Of a DNA stretch of 64,000 nt, positions 63,715 to 64,000 are shown piece after piece; position 1 is the first letter of the stretch; the number at the start of each line of letters is the position of its first letter. The notes beneath the pieces were generated by a model. That model worked only from the letters and a program-made list of their open reading frames with translations, had not been told where the DNA came from and ran no database searches. Source of the stretch: Octopus sinensis (Eukaryota). Location: assembly GCF_006345805.1 (NCBI RefSeq), contig NC_043001.1:123194001-123258000 (forward strand), in the 5' to 3' direction. The translations under genes and the position numbers were made by a program.

Positions 63715-64000
63715 AACCATCAAGAACTTCTACATCAGCAACATCAATGGCATCGTCAAAAATGCGTCCCTCACCTACATCACCACCGACAGCGCCGACG
63801 GCACCAACACCAATACCAACAGTATTTACATCCTATCCACCTTATCCCCATCAACCATCTCCTCTGCATTATCATCATCATGATTGTCATTATCAACCAA
63901 CATCAGCACCAGCGCCACCACGACCAACACGAGCACCAGCACCAGCATTGCCACCGCCCACCACTCACCACCACCACCACCACCGCCACCGCCATCACCA
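63715..64000 (+). CDS. Candidate coding exon running off the window (phase 1): (E)PSRTSTSATSMASSKMRPSPTSPPTAPTAPTPIPTVFTSYPPYPHQPSPLHYHHHDCHYQPTSAPAPPRPTRAPAPALPPPTTHHHHHHRHRHH
   Basis: Acceptor TTCTCTTGTATTCTCAATAG, 94 open codons; a second frame is also open, and degenerate (CCA/CAT)n DNA can mimic coding sequence. Confidence 0.35.

Overview
AT-rich eukaryotic genomic DNA, saturated with microsatellites and short interspersed repeats. The repeat repertoire (tRNA-headed SINEs with CORE-like segments, RTE and R4/Dong LINE remnants, Tc1/mariner and hAT MITEs, a small Helitron) matches what I recall from Octopus/coleoid cephalopod genomes; this is an inference, not a database result. There are no prokaryotic features (operons, CRISPR, rRNA) and no intact transposon ORF. 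Most ORFs in the supplied track are translations of simple repeats. Gene content is sparse and was inferred by eye from splice signals. On the minus strand there is a well-supported Ser/Thr-rich phase 1-1 exon (34343-34086) and phase-compatible candidate first (36040/35965-35956) and last (20677-20505) exons. On the plus strand there is a weaker set of phase-1-compatible candidate exons (38473-38527, 41028-41156, 63715-end). The most notable observations are: (i) a TA-targeting ~200-bp repeat family carrying a non-canonical minimal hammerhead-ribozyme-like motif with a palindromic stem III, plus a second element with tandem hammerhead cores; (ii) two exon-like segments each interrupted by one UAG, one inside a hairpin, which raises a testable A-to-I or readthrough hypothesis; (iii) SINE 3' ends inserted into related SINEs at GGTATT with long, homology-bounded duplications; (iv) several long inverted repeats and miRNA-sized hairpins. 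All coordinates, alignments and folds were done by eye and may be off by a few bases.
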